Shown: one piece after another, positions 1 through 10,658 of the stretch
Position numbering within the stretch: the first letter of the stretch is position 1
Layout of the letters: each line of letters begins with the position of its first letter
Assembly (NCBI RefSeq): GCF_016127575.1
Contig: NZ_CP066019.1
Coordinates: 1,740,001-1,772,000, forward strand
DNA: 32,000 bases
Origin: Cupriavidus necator
Lineage (GTDB): Bacteria > Pseudomonadota > Gammaproteobacteria > Burkholderiales > Burkholderiaceae
Reading direction: 5' to 3'
Notes under the pieces: generated by a model
The model's database searches: none
What the model saw: the letters and a program-made list of their open reading frames with translations, nothing else
Told to the model about the DNA's origin: nothing
Program-made: the position numbers and the translations under genes

Positions 1-462
1 CCGTACGCCGTGGGAGACTCGCCGAAAAATGAAATCAACTTCGTTTTCGGTGAAGTCGCCGTAGGCAAGGTATGCCCTCAGCATCTGGTTAAGGTAGGCA
101 TCACACTCACTTCGCTGCAATACTAGTGCGCTTGCCAGCAGAGACCGCGAGTGCCACCGCAGCCACCGGCGTCTCCAGTGCTTGTAGTCGTCCTTCACCA
201 ATTGACCCCTCCATTGCCCGGCGGCACCTTTCTTTACGCTGCCCGCAATCACCAACGAGTAGGGAGCACGCGGCGCGCTGTTTGAAAATCATCATAGCGT
301 GACGGAAATAGCAGGGCAATCGGCTTTCCTCTGGAGAAGGTCCCACCAAAGAGGGGGTATGGCGAGAATCTTGCGATTGAGGGAAATCGTGTGGATCGCC
401 GAGCGAAGCGGCGGGCGGGCACTCCGACCGGCCGCTCCCAATTACCCGGGCCGGGCCTCAAG

Positions 463-1539
463 TCAAAGATTGAGGCGCTGGAAATACCCGGTCAGTTCGA
501 GGTAGCCCCGTCCGACCACCTTGCCTCCCCGCAACGCCGTCACCGCGCCCTCCCAATAGACCGCGCCGGTACTCGCGCGGCTATCGAGTTCCTGATCATC
601 CATCAGCGGTAGCAGTTCGAGCGTGAGACCGCCTGCGTTCAACCGCATGGCAACCGGATAGCTCGTGCCGGTACGAGGCGAGCGCCAACGGCGTGCCGGC
701 ATGAAGTTGACCTCGTCGGGAGCCAGTACCTGGACGCGACCGTCGCTGCCGCGCAGCGTGCCGCCTCCCCAGAACTTGCGCCCCGGCTTGTCCCGGATCT
801 GGAAGGCCATCAACGCGCTGCCGTCATCCAGGTTGAGGCCGAGCCAGTCCCAGCCGACGGCCTCGTCGGCCAGCAAGGTCGACGACCATTCGTGATCCAG
901 CCAGGCGGTACCGTGCACGGTTTCCTGCAGGCTGCGCCGTTCCAGGGTGCCGCTCACCTTGAGCCCCGGCTGGCTGTAGTAATAGCTCGCCTGGGCCGCC
1001 AGCGGTCCCTTGCGGCTGTATCCCCGTTCGCCCTGTAGCAGCAACCGTTGGGTTGGTTCCATTGTCAGATCGAGCGTGAAATCCCGCGCGGGAAATCTGG
1101 CTCGGTAGTGCCCCGTCGCCTCTCGGCGCAGCGACCAGCTGTCGATGTACACATCGGTATCGGCAGTATCGGCAAGCGCAAGGCCGAAGCCGCTGCGCGC
1201 CGCGCGTTGGTCGTGCTGGAGCTTGCCGGCCACGGGATCGCTCAGTGCGACATTGGCGAACAGCAGTTGCTGCGGCGCGAAGCGGCTTGGGTTGGCCTGG
1301 TCGAACGGCGGGCGCGAGCGGAAGAACGTAACCTGGAAGCCGAGCGGCGCTCCTGCCCGCGTCTGCAGCCAGCCGGTGGCATACCACCATTCGGTGCGAT
1401 AGTCGGGGTGCGCGCCGTGGTCGCGCGGGAAGGACAGGGTTCGTCCCGCGGCGACCGGCGGATAAGCGGGCGCTGCGCCCAGCGCCGCGGCCGCCACGCC
1501 GGAACCCGGCAACAACAGCAGGAATGAGCGCCTCTTCAC
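463..1539 (-). CDS. AttH-like secreted lipocalin / CrtC (carotenoid 1,2-hydratase)-fold protein
   Basis: ORF 463..1542. Signal-peptide-like N-terminus (KRRSFLLLLPGSGVAAAALGAAPA). The conserved block FPRDHGAHPDYRTEWWYATGWL is typical of AttH/CrtC-like proteins that follow FtsX-type ABC permeases. I prefer the GTG at 1539, which is preceded by AGGAGG and overlaps the permease stop (GTGA), over the TTG at 1542. Confidence 0.8.
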   Translation of the reverse strand: MKRRSFLLLLPGSGVAAAALGAAPAYPPVAAGRTLSFPRDHGAHPDYRTEWWYATGWLQTRAGAPLGFQVTFFRSRPPFDQANPSRFAPQQLLFANVALSDPVAGKLQHDQRAARSGFGLALADTADTDVYIDSWSLRREATGHYRARFPARDFTLDLTMEPTQRLLLQGERGYSRKGPLAAQASYYYSQPGLKVSGTLERRSLQETVHGTAWLDHEWSSTLLADEAVGWDWLGLNLDDGSALMAFQIRDKPGRKFWGGGTLRGSDGRVQVLAPDEVNFMPARRWRSPRTGTSYPVAMRLNAGGLTLELLPLMDDQELDSRASTGAVYWEGAVTALRGGKVVGRGYLELTGYFQRLNL

Positions 1540-4061
1540 CAATCCTCCTGAACCGCGCGCACTGCGCTACGCGACATCGCCTGCCGCCCGCTCGCCAGCG
1601 CAGCCAGCGAGGCCGCCGCCACCACCGCGCTCGCCAACTGGGCGAGGAATGCCCAGGGCAAATGCAAACTCATGGTCCAGTGGAACGACTGCGGGTTGAC
1701 AACGTGAACCAGGATCAGGGCGATGATCCATCCCAGCGCAAGACCGGCTACCACGCCAAGCAGAGCGAGTAACGCGCCCTCCAGTGCCAGCATCGCGCCG
1801 ATCTGCCAACGCATGAAGCCGAGATGCCGCAGCATGCCGAATTCGCGCGCACGCGCCAGGGCCTGCGCGCTGAAGCTGGCGCCGATGCCGAACAGGCCGA
1901 TCACGACCGCTATGCCCTCCAGCAGGTAGGTCACGGCGAAGCTCCGGTCGAAGATTCTCAAGGTGACGGCGCGTATCTCGCCAGGCTCGGCGAAGGTAAT
2001 GTGTTCACCGCCGGCGACGCGGTGGCGCAGCCTCTCCTTGACCTGCGCCGGGCCGGTGCCCTGCTCCAGCCACAGGGCAACGTCAGTGACACGCCGCTCG
2101 TCCGTGAGCCGTCGATAATCGTTCTGGCTGATCACGACCGTACCATGCTGGCGTGCGTAATCGCGCCACACGCCGCCCACCAGGAAGGCGACGGGCCGGC
2201 CCTGCAGCGGCAGCGTGATACGTTGCCCCGGGCGGAAGCCATAGAGGTCGACCATCGCCTCGCTGACCCATACCGCCGGCGGATCCCCCGGCTGCGCCGC
2301 GACGGGCGCTGCCGTCAGCGGCAACCGTGCGCCCGGATTGTGCGGATCGATCGGCCGGGCAATGACCGTGACGGGGGGGCGCTCGGGATCAAGCAGGATC
2401 TGGCTCGAACGTAGAAACTCGGCACGCGCAACGCCACGGACGCTGGCGATGGCCGCCTGGTCGTCAAGCGAGAAATACGCGCTGTCGCCGCTTGACGAAG
2501 CACGCAGATAAAGGTCGGCCGGCAGGACATTGTGCAACCAATCGTCCACCGAGATGCGAAAGCTTGACACCATGATCGCCATCGCCGCCATCAGGCTAAA
2601 GCTGGCGACTATGCCGGCCAGCGCGATGGCCGCGCGGCCCGGTGCGCCGGCGAGCTGGGTCAGGGCAAGCTGCGGCACAGCCCGTCGCCAAGAGGGCAGC
2701 AAGCCGAACACGAGATGCGCCAGCCGTGGCATCAGCAGGATGGCGCCCACCAACAACAGGGCGATCGCCGCATAACCGAAGACCGGCAGATCCGCCACCG
2801 GCCGCAGTGGCGTCAGCACAAGCCCGGCTGCCATCGCAGCAAGCCCGGTCCACGGCGAGCGTAGCCGCTTGAGCGGTGTCTCCTCATCGCCCGCCTTGAG
2901 CGCCTGCGCCGGCCGCGCGCGTGCGGCCTCCCATGCCGGTGCGAGACTGCCGAGCACCGCCGCCGACAGGCCGAGTGTGAAGAAGATCAGCGCTGCCAGC
3001 GCGTCGAACCGGACCTTGGGCTTTACACCTGCAAAGTAGCCGCCGCCCAAATCTCCGCCCGCGTACCCGAGCACCGTGGCGGCGAGGAAGAAGCCAAGCG
3101 CCAGGCCGAGCATCGCGCCGAGCGCGCCTTGCACCGCGCCTTCCGCCAGCAGCAGCCGCAGCAGACCAGCGCGCGTCACCCCAAGGGCGCGCAACAGTGC
3201 AAGCTGCGAGCGCCGCCGCAGCACCGAGACTGCCTGCATCGTGAACACCAGGAAGGCGCCTGTGAACAGCGCCACCAGAGCAAGCACGTTCAGGTTCACC
3301 CGATAGGCGCGCGACAGGTTGGAAGTCCGGCGCGCGTTGTCCTGCGGCGAACCCGCCACCACCCCTGGCGGCAGCAGCGCGGCCAGCGCTTGCGCAAAGT
3401 TGTCGGTGTCCACTCCCGGCCTGAGCTTGACGTCGATCCGCTGCAGCAGGCCAAGCCGGTCGAGGCGCCACTGCGCGGCACCGATATCCATCACGCCCAG
3501 GCGCATGCCCTCGCCCGCCGCCGGCAGCGTGCCGGCAATACGCAGCGTAAGCGCGGTCAGCCCGACTTGTACGGTGAGCGGGTCCCCGGGCTTGAGATCG
3601 AGCCAGCTCAGCGCCGCCGGCGACAGGAACACGGCGTCGGGATCGAGAACGTCGAGCTTGCCCGCGCGCTCCTCGGCGGGCCGCCCGATCAGATTGGGTG
3701 TTACAGGCGCCGCCCGGAACACATCGATGCCAAACAGCGTCAGCGCACCGGTGCGCCCCGGCACCAGCGCATTGACTTCCACCACGGGGCTGGCCGACGC
3801 CACCTCCGGCAGGCCCGCGATGCGCGGATAGAGCGATTCGTCGAAGCCCATGCGCGGCCCGCGGATCTCCAGATCGGCATTCCCCATCAAGGAGCGCACC
3901 GCCTGGGAAAACTCTGCCAACGCAGCGTGGTTGACCAGATGCACGCCATAGCCCATTGCCACACCGATGGCCACGGCAAGGATGCCGATGATGGCGCGTC
4001 CGGGATGGGCGCGCAATTCGCCCAGGAGTAGTGCAAGGCCGAGTGAGCGCGGCGTTCGCAT
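1536..4061 (-). CDS. ABC transporter permease with two FtsX-type modules (YbbP-like, 841 aa)
   Basis: Long hydrophobic ORF with high GC3. Two blocks of TM helices are each preceded by a large soluble loop, which is the duplicated FtsX/MacB-type architecture. The ATG at 4061 lies 3 nt after the ATPase stop. Confidence 0.9.
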   Translation of the reverse strand: MRTPRSLGLALLLGELRAHPGRAIIGILAVAIGVAMGYGVHLVNHAALAEFSQAVRSLMGNADLEIRGPRMGFDESLYPRIAGLPEVASASPVVEVNALVPGRTGALTLFGIDVFRAAPVTPNLIGRPAEERAGKLDVLDPDAVFLSPAALSWLDLKPGDPLTVQVGLTALTLRIAGTLPAAGEGMRLGVMDIGAAQWRLDRLGLLQRIDVKLRPGVDTDNFAQALAALLPPGVVAGSPQDNARRTSNLSRAYRVNLNVLALVALFTGAFLVFTMQAVSVLRRRSQLALLRALGVTRAGLLRLLLAEGAVQGALGAMLGLALGFFLAATVLGYAGGDLGGGYFAGVKPKVRFDALAALIFFTLGLSAAVLGSLAPAWEAARARPAQALKAGDEETPLKRLRSPWTGLAAMAAGLVLTPLRPVADLPVFGYAAIALLLVGAILLMPRLAHLVFGLLPSWRRAVPQLALTQLAGAPGRAAIALAGIVASFSLMAAMAIMVSSFRISVDDWLHNVLPADLYLRASSSGDSAYFSLDDQAAIASVRGVARAEFLRSSQILLDPERPPVTVIARPIDPHNPGARLPLTAAPVAAQPGDPPAVWVSEAMVDLYGFRPGQRITLPLQGRPVAFLVGGVWRDYARQHGTVVISQNDYRRLTDERRVTDVALWLEQGTGPAQVKERLRHRVAGGEHITFAEPGEIRAVTLRIFDRSFAVTYLLEGIAVVIGLFGIGASFSAQALARAREFGMLRHLGFMRWQIGAMLALEGALLALLGVVAGLALGWIIALILVHVVNPQSFHWTMSLHLPWAFLAQLASAVVAAASLAALASGRQAMSRSAVRAVQEDW

Positions 4062-4064
4062 GGC

Positions 4065-4760
4065 TTAGGCGGCCGCGCTCATCGGCGGCTGTGGCCCCAG
4101 CGGCGTCAATCCGCCTGGCGTCAATTGCAAGACGCGATCCGCCGTCGCCGCAGCCACTGCCGAATGCGTGACGATAATCGCGGCCGTGCCGTTTGCGTTG
4201 ACCAGTTTGCGCAGCAGGCTCAGCACCCGCGCGGCCGTCTCGTGATCAAGGTTGCCAGTCGGCTCATCCGCCAGCAGCAGCATTGGACGGTGTACCAGGG
4301 CACGCGCAATCGCCACCCGCTGCAACTCCCCGCCGGAAAGCTCGCGCGGCAGACTGTCCTCGCGCCCCTCAAGCCCAACCGCGGCGAGCATCTCGGCAAC
4401 GCGCGCCGACGCCCCTTTTTGCTCGAGGCCGTTCAACAGCAGCGGCAGCGCCACGTTCTGCGCCGCGCTCAAATTCGGCAGCACGTGGAAGGCCTGGAAC
4501 ACGAACCCCAGCTTGCGACGCCTGAGCAAGGTTGCGGCATCGTCGTCCAGCTTGCCCAGATCCTGTCCGTCGAACTGGATGCGGCCACTGTCGGGCCGAT
4601 CCAGACCGGCGATCAGGTGGAGCAGCGTTGACTTGCCCACGCCCGATTCGCCCATGACGGCGACAAATTCGCCGGCGTCCAGCGCAAGACTGACTCCGCG
4701 GAGAACCGTGCGCGGTCGGGCGCCGTTGTATGTCTTGGAGACATCTGTAAGGGTCAGCAC
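4065..4760 (-). CDS. ABC transporter ATP-binding protein (YbbA/LolD/MacB-type)
   Basis: Walker A GESGVGKST, ABC signature LSGGELQRVAIARAL, Walker B LLLADEPTGNLD, H-loop VTHS. GTG start at 4760. Confidence 0.95.
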   Translation of the reverse strand: MLTLTDVSKTYNGARPRTVLRGVSLALDAGEFVAVMGESGVGKSTLLHLIAGLDRPDSGRIQFDGQDLGKLDDDAATLLRRRKLGFVFQAFHVLPNLSAAQNVALPLLLNGLEQKGASARVAEMLAAVGLEGREDSLPRELSGGELQRVAIARALVHRPMLLLADEPTGNLDHETAARVLSLLRKLVNANGTAAIIVTHSAVAAATADRVLQLTPGGLTPLGPQPPMSAAA

Positions 4761-4883
4761 AATGTCGTCAACCTCGCGTGGCGTGCCTCTCCGTCAAAGC
4801 TGTGACGGGAGAGCGGGCACAAGCCATTCTGCCACCGTTGAAGTGCATGGACTTGTCGAAGAAGGCCGCTAGAAGTCGGACGA

Positions 4884-4896
4884 TTCCCACTGGGAA
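4884..4896. promoter_or_regulatory. 13-bp perfect palindrome TTCCCACTGGGAA (T-N11-A form), candidate operator upstream of the ABC operon
   Basis: Read directly from the sequence. It lies about 125 nt upstream of the GTG at 4760, inside a 495-bp non-coding gap. T-N11-A dyads are the classic LysR-type box, but no LysR gene is adjacent. Confidence 0.25.
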
Positions 4897-5255
4897 CGGT
4901 GCAGCCACTTTGCCATTTCCTGGCGCTGGTTCGCTTCGCAGCCGATCGGGGGGATTTCGACTGACGCAGTGGCAGGCCCGTTCCATTGATCCGTTCACTG
5001 GCTATCCTTCTGCTTGTGCGGCTCGTGTAGATGCGGCACATTTGTTTCCGTCACTGTCTGGGCGCCCATCCAGCTCCTTGTGGCGCCGCCGGGGGCGGAA
5101 AGCTGGCGCAGTCCATGCGCAAGACGGCATGGATCATGCGGCCATTAGCGTGTGGCGTCTCGGTTCCCGGGTGAGATCCAGGCCGGAAATACACCCGCTG
5201 CGCCCATGGATGGCTCAGGGAATGAACCCGGCAGCTTCATCAACCGTGCTTCAGG

Positions 5256-6320
5256 TCACCGCCGGAACCACAGCATCGAGAGCCCGCACGCCACCCCCAG
5301 CAGCAGGACCGCTGCTGCCGAGAACAATGCGCTGATCTCGGTTTCCTTGCGCTCGAGCGCGAAGCGCGCGCTGAGCTGGCGATACACCTGGCTCAGGTCC
5401 GCAGCCGAGCCAGCCTGGAAGTACTCGCCGTTCGTTATCGCCGCTACCGCCCGCAAGGCGGGTTCATCGAGCTGCATGTAGTAAGACAGGCCCGACTCTG
5501 CCGCGGCTCCGCCCTGCGGCGTACCGAAGCCCACCGTATAGACGCGCACGCCGCGCTGGGCGGCCATGCGCGCAGCGTCCAGCGGGTCCGGGCCGGTGGT
5601 GCGGCGGCCATCGCTGAGCAGGATTACCGCACCGTGCCGATACGAGCCGGGCTGCGCCGCCGGCCGTTCCTGTTCGCGCTTGCGGACGGCGTCCGCCGCG
5701 GCGGCCTCTGTCAGCGATCTGCCGCCGGGACCGGGTGCGAGCGACTCGCCGCTGAAAAGGATGGCTTCCAGGTCGATGCCATCGTCGGGGAACAACACTG
5801 CCAGCGCCTGGATCAGCCCGCTGCCGGTCGCCGTGCCGAGCTGGAGCTGGAAGCGATCGATTGCGTCGAGCATGTCCTGCCGGTTGTCGGTGGGGGGCAG
5901 CACCACGGTCGCGGTGGCGGCAAAAGAGACCATGCCCAGGCGCACGCTGGCCGGCAGCCCGACGATGAGATCCCGGGCAGCCTGCTTGGATGCGCCGATC
6001 CGGGTTGGTGCAACGTCGGTCGCCGCCATGCTGCGGGAGGTGTCCATGGCCAGCACCAGGGTGATGGTGTCGGACGGCAGCGTGATCGTCGCCGTAGGAC
6101 GGGCGCAAGCCAGCAGGGCCACGCCCAGCGCGAGCAGGAAGAGCAGTGGCGGAATGTGACGCCGCAGCCGTTGGCCGGGACCCAGGGCGGCGCGCGGCAG
6201 CGCAAGGCTGGCATACAACAGCGCGATTTTCTTGCGCCGCGCAATCAGGTACAGGTAAGCGGCTGCCAGCAGGGGCAGCGCAAGCAACAGCCAGAGCATT
6301 TGCGGCCAGAGAAACTGCAT
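5256..6320 (-). CDS. vWA-domain membrane protein, BatA-like
   Basis: N-terminal TM FLWPQMLWLLLALPLLAAAYLYL followed by ARRKK. MIDAS motif DTSRS within LVLAMDTSRSM. C-terminal TM ISALFSAAAVLLLGVACGL. ATG at 6320 with AAGGAG 7 nt upstream. Confidence 0.85.
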   Translation of the reverse strand: MQFLWPQMLWLLLALPLLAAAYLYLIARRKKIALLYASLALPRAALGPGQRLRRHIPPLLFLLALGVALLACARPTATITLPSDTITLVLAMDTSRSMAATDVAPTRIGASKQAARDLIVGLPASVRLGMVSFAATATVVLPPTDNRQDMLDAIDRFQLQLGTATGSGLIQALAVLFPDDGIDLEAILFSGESLAPGPGGRSLTEAAAADAVRKREQERPAAQPGSYRHGAVILLSDGRRTTGPDPLDAARMAAQRGVRVYTVGFGTPQGGAAAESGLSYYMQLDEPALRAVAAITNGEYFQAGSAADLSQVYRQLSARFALERKETEISALFSAAAVLLLGVACGLSMLWFRR

Positions 6321-6395
6321 GCACCTGCTCCTTGGCGCGTGGGTAAGACGATGGTACTGTATTTTTCACGGCGGGACGGGACCTCGGGAGCGGCA

Positions 6396-7343
6396 ATGAG
6401 ACGGGTAACGATCTACGGATGGGTCTCGGCAGCGGTGGCGCTGGTGCTCGCGGCGGTCGTTGGCTCTGCCTGGCTGTTGCAGCCGACGCCGCGCGTCCTC
6501 AAGCAAGCCGACATCGACTCCGCCGTGCTGCACACGCTGGAAACCAAGCGCCTGCCTTCGCGCACAGCCAGGGCGGCAGAGGCGGTTCGCGAGTCGGTGG
6601 TGGAAGTTCGCAGCTATGCGCCAGCCGAAAAGGCTGCGGACAAGCCGAAGAAAGCGGCATCCGCCCCACACGCCAAGCGTGATCCCCCTGCCACACGCCG
6701 CAAGGCACCCCCCGAATCGGCTCCGCTATCCCCGCCGCCTTCGGGCGATGAACTCGCAAAAGGCGACCCACCGGGCAGCAAGGGCGAGTCCGGCGGCAAG
6801 CGCACAGCCCGCCACATCGGTTCGGGGGTGGTCGTGACCGAAAGCGGCACCATTCTCACCAGCTACCACGTCGTCGCCGACGCCCTGCGCCTGGAGGTCA
6901 GGTTCCACGACGGCCACACGGCCGAGGCCTCGGTTGTGCAGGCGTTCCCGGAGAAAGACCTAGCCGTGATCCGGCCCAGTTCCATCCCCGACGACCTGCC
7001 GCCGGCGACGCTCGGTTCCAGCCGGAACCTCGCGCCCGGCACTGAAGTCGTCGCGGTCGGCTTTCCGTTCGGCATCGGCCCGTCGGTGTCTGCCGGCGTG
7101 GTGTCGGGGCTCGACCGCAGGTTCGTCTTGCCGGACGGCAAGCGGGACCTGGACAAGCTCATCCAGTTCGACGCCGCCGCCAATCCGGGCAACTCCGGCG
7201 GACCGCTGGTGAATCTGGATGGCGAGGTGGTAGGGATCGTCACCGCCATCCTCAACCCCAACCAGAGCGGCACTTTCCTCGGCATCGGCTTTGCTGTCAC
7301 GATCGAAAGCGCCGGCGCTTCCATCGGATCCTCTCCTTTCTAA
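6396..7343 (+). CDS. membrane-anchored trypsin-like (S1C/HtrA-type) serine protease without a PDZ domain
   Basis: In-frame ATG at 6396 (GGGAG 5 nt upstream) within ORF 5634..7343. N-terminal TM WVSAAVALVLAAVVGSAWLL. Catalytic His in ILTSYHVV, Asp in KDLAVIR, Ser in GNSGGPLVN. Pro/Lys/Ala-rich linker between the TM and the protease core. Confidence 0.85.
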   Translation: MRRVTIYGWVSAAVALVLAAVVGSAWLLQPTPRVLKQADIDSAVLHTLETKRLPSRTARAAEAVRESVVEVRSYAPAEKAADKPKKAASAPHAKRDPPATRRKAPPESAPLSPPPSGDELAKGDPPGSKGESGGKRTARHIGSGVVVTESGTILTSYHVVADALRLEVRFHDGHTAEASVVQAFPEKDLAVIRPSSIPDDLPPATLGSSRNLAPGTEVVAVGFPFGIGPSVSAGVVSGLDRRFVLPDGKRDLDKLIQFDAAANPGNSGGPLVNLDGEVVGIVTAILNPNQSGTFLGIGFAVTIESAGASIGSSPF

Positions 7344-7355
7344 TCGCGGGGGCCT

Positions 7356-8346
<991 letters not shown>

Positions 8347-8369
<23 letters not shown>

Positions 8370-9372
8370 GCGGCGCCGGAGCGGCCCGGAGGCCGCACCC
8401 GGCAGCATGCCCGCCGGCACGGCGCTGGCCAGCGTCGACGCAAGGCAGACCGAGGCCTTGCTGCGCCGCCTGGAATGGACCGTGGTGCGCCGCCTCGATG
8501 GCCTGCTGCAGGGCGACTACCGCACGCTGTTCCGCGGCTTTGGGCTGGATCTTGCCGACCTGCGCGAATACCGCCCCGGCGACGACGTGCGGCACATCGA
8601 CTGGAACGTGACAGCACGGCTGCAAACACCGCACGTGCGTGAGTACCAGGAAGACCGGGAGGTCTCCGTCTGGTTCCTGCTGGACCTGAGCGGATCGGTC
8701 GGTTTCGGTTCCGGCAGCGTAAGCAAGCGTGACCTGCTGAGCGACTTCACCACCGTCATGGCGCTGCTGCTGACGCGCTATGGCAACCGGGTCGGCGCCC
8801 TGCTCTACGGCGGGGCCACAGACGCGGGCGCGTCGGTGGTGCCGGCGCGCTCGGGGCGCCGGCACCTGCTGCACCTGCTCGACCGCATGCATGGCACACC
8901 GGCCGCGTCGCCGGGCGACACCCGCTTGCGCGACCTGCTGGAGCGCGCACGGGCAGTCGCGAAACATCGATCGGTGCTGTTCGTGGTCTCCGACTTCATC
9001 AGCGCCCCGGGCTGGCAGGCATCGCTCCAAATGCTGGCCCGGCGCCATGAGGTCGTCGCCGTGCGGCTGGTCGACCCGCTGGAGATGGCCTTGCCCGACC
9101 TGGGCCTGGTCGTGCTGCAGGATGCCGAAACCGCCGAGCAGATGTTCGTCGACACGCACGACCCGGCCTTCCGCAAACGCTTCGCCGCCGCCGCCCAGGC
9201 GCGCGAGGACGAATTGCGCCTGGCCTTCACCCAGGCCGGCGTGGCGTGCCTGACGCTGTCGACCTACGCCCGCCTGGACCTGGCCCTGCTGCACTTCACC
9301 CGCCGGCGCCGCCACCGTCAAGGTGCCGCCGCAACAGCAAAGCAGGAGAACGGACCCAAGGAGGCAGCATGA
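8347..9372 (+). CDS. DUF58-domain protein (MoxR partner)
   Basis: Hallmark block LREYRPGDDVRHIDWNVTARLQTPHVREYQEDRE. The ATG at 8347 overlaps the moxR end by 23 nt. An alternative ATG at 8407 cannot be excluded. Confidence 0.85.
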
Positions 9373-10427
9373 CCGATGCCATAAGCCGGCTACCCGTCTT
9401 CAGCTTCCTGTGGCCAGGCATGCTGTGGCTGCTCGCGCTCGCCCTCGTGCTGTCCGCTGGCTACGTATGGCTCGACAGGCGCCGGCGCCACGCCACGGTG
9501 CACTATCCCACCCTGAAATCCGTCGGCGTTGCCATCAGGGGCGGTGCGACCTTGCGCCGCCACGTGCCGCCCATGCTGCTCCTGCTGGCCCTGGCCGCGC
9601 TGACCTTCGCCATCGCCCGACCCCAGGCAGTGATGATGCTGCCCTCGCACATCGAGACCGTGGTCGTGGTCATCGATCTGTCCGGCAGCATGCGCGCGCA
9701 GGATATCCAGCCCAGCCGCATCCGCGCCGCCCAGCAAGCGGCCAAGGTTCTACTCGACACACTGCCCGCGGGCGTCAGCGCGGGAGTAGTCGCGATGGCC
9801 GGCACCGCCGCCGTGGCACAGGCGCCCAGCCGCAGCAAGGATGCCGCGGCCACGGCGATCGACCGCCTCAAGCCGCAAGGCGGCACCGCGCTGGGCAATG
9901 GCCTGCTCATCGCGCTGACGACGCTGCTGCCGCAGACGGCTGGTGACGCCGAGCGCCTCATGAACGGCGACACCACGCCGCTGCAAAAGCCGGACGCATC
10001 CCACAGCGGCGAAGCCGTGACGCCCGGCTCTTATCCCTCCGGGGCGATCGTCCTGTTTTCCGACGGTGAAAGCAACACCGGCCCGGCCGCGACGCAGGCG
10101 GCGCAGCTTGCCGCGGCGCACGGCGTGCGCGTTTATACCGTCGGGGTTGGCACGACCGACGGTGTGGTGCTCTCGGTCGATGGCTGGTCGGCACGCGTCA
10201 GGCTGGATGAGAAGGTGTTGAAGGAAGTCGCCAATGCGACAGGGGCAGAGTATTTCCCGCTTGCGGATGCCGCGCAACTGAAGAGGGTGTACCGGGCGCT
10301 CAATATGCGGCTGACGTTTGGCAAGCGCGAACAGGTTGAAATTACTGCGTTCTTCGCCGCGCTGGGGGCGTTGCTGGCCACGTGTGCGGGGCTGCTGTCG
10401 TTGTGGTGGTTCGGGCGCGTGATGTAG
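9369..10427 (+). CDS. vWA-domain membrane protein, BatA-like (second paralogue)
   Basis: ATG at 9369 overlaps the DUF58 stop (ATGA), with AAGGAGG at 9358..9364. N-terminal TM FLWPGMLWLLALALVLSAGYVWL, MIDAS motif DLSGS within VVVIDLSGSM, C-terminal TM. Confidence 0.85.
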   Translation: MTDAISRLPVFSFLWPGMLWLLALALVLSAGYVWLDRRRRHATVHYPTLKSVGVAIRGGATLRRHVPPMLLLLALAALTFAIARPQAVMMLPSHIETVVVVIDLSGSMRAQDIQPSRIRAAQQAAKVLLDTLPAGVSAGVVAMAGTAAVAQAPSRSKDAAATAIDRLKPQGGTALGNGLLIALTTLLPQTAGDAERLMNGDTTPLQKPDASHSGEAVTPGSYPSGAIVLFSDGESNTGPAATQAAQLAAAHGVRVYTVGVGTTDGVVLSVDGWSARVRLDEKVLKEVANATGAEYFPLADAAQLKRVYRALNMRLTFGKREQVEITAFFAALGALLATCAGLLSLWWFGRVM

Positions 10428-10429
10428 GC

Positions 10430-10469
10430 AGGGACTGGCTCTGGCGGAGGAAAGCCGGCCGTCCCTTTG
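10430..10469 (+). terminator. weak intrinsic-terminator candidate after the vWA gene
   Basis: Imperfect GC-rich hairpin (GGGAC..GTCCC outer stem, GGC/GCC inner stem) followed only by TTT, 3 nt after the stop at 10427. Confidence 0.3.
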
Positions 10470-10658
10470 CCGCAGCCGTGCCCCACACTCAGAACCACTC
10501 AGTCACCGCCCCCTGCCCACAACGAAGTTCAAACAGCTTCTTCGGAGATCGGATGCTCGGACCGAGGATCGGAATCCATGCGCGCATTCTAGGTGGCTCA
10601 TCAGCGTTTCCGCGGCAGACTTCGTCATTGCCCCCGATTTTGCGGTCTCTAACAACGG

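Noticed and set aside
1-291. Open frames on both strands at the left edge. Plus frame 1 reads ..GDSPKNEINFVFGEVAVGKVCPQHLVKVGITLTSLQY* and ends at 126. A minus frame is open from 288 to 1 and contains ..MLRAYLAYGDFTENEVDFIFRRVSHGV.. with an ATG at 84.
   Set aside because: Both look vaguely protein-like, GC3 is only moderate, neither has an SD, and I recognise no family. I cannot decide which, if either, is real from about 100 nt, so I did not call a feature. The neighbouring sequence to the left would settle it.
5634-6395. N-terminal 254 codons of ORF 5634..7343
   Set aside because: This part is antisense to the BatA-like vWA gene and is Arg/Gly/Gln-rich. The protease-like sequence begins only after the internal ATG at 6396, which has an SD and is followed by a TM helix, so I trimmed the call.
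10533-10587. Cluster of four TCGGA pentamers and a 10-bp palindrome ATGCGCGCAT in the convergent spacer after the vWA and AraC genes
   Set aside because: These are short, irregularly spaced motifs of a kind expected by chance in GC-rich DNA, with no hairpin plus T-tract geometry.
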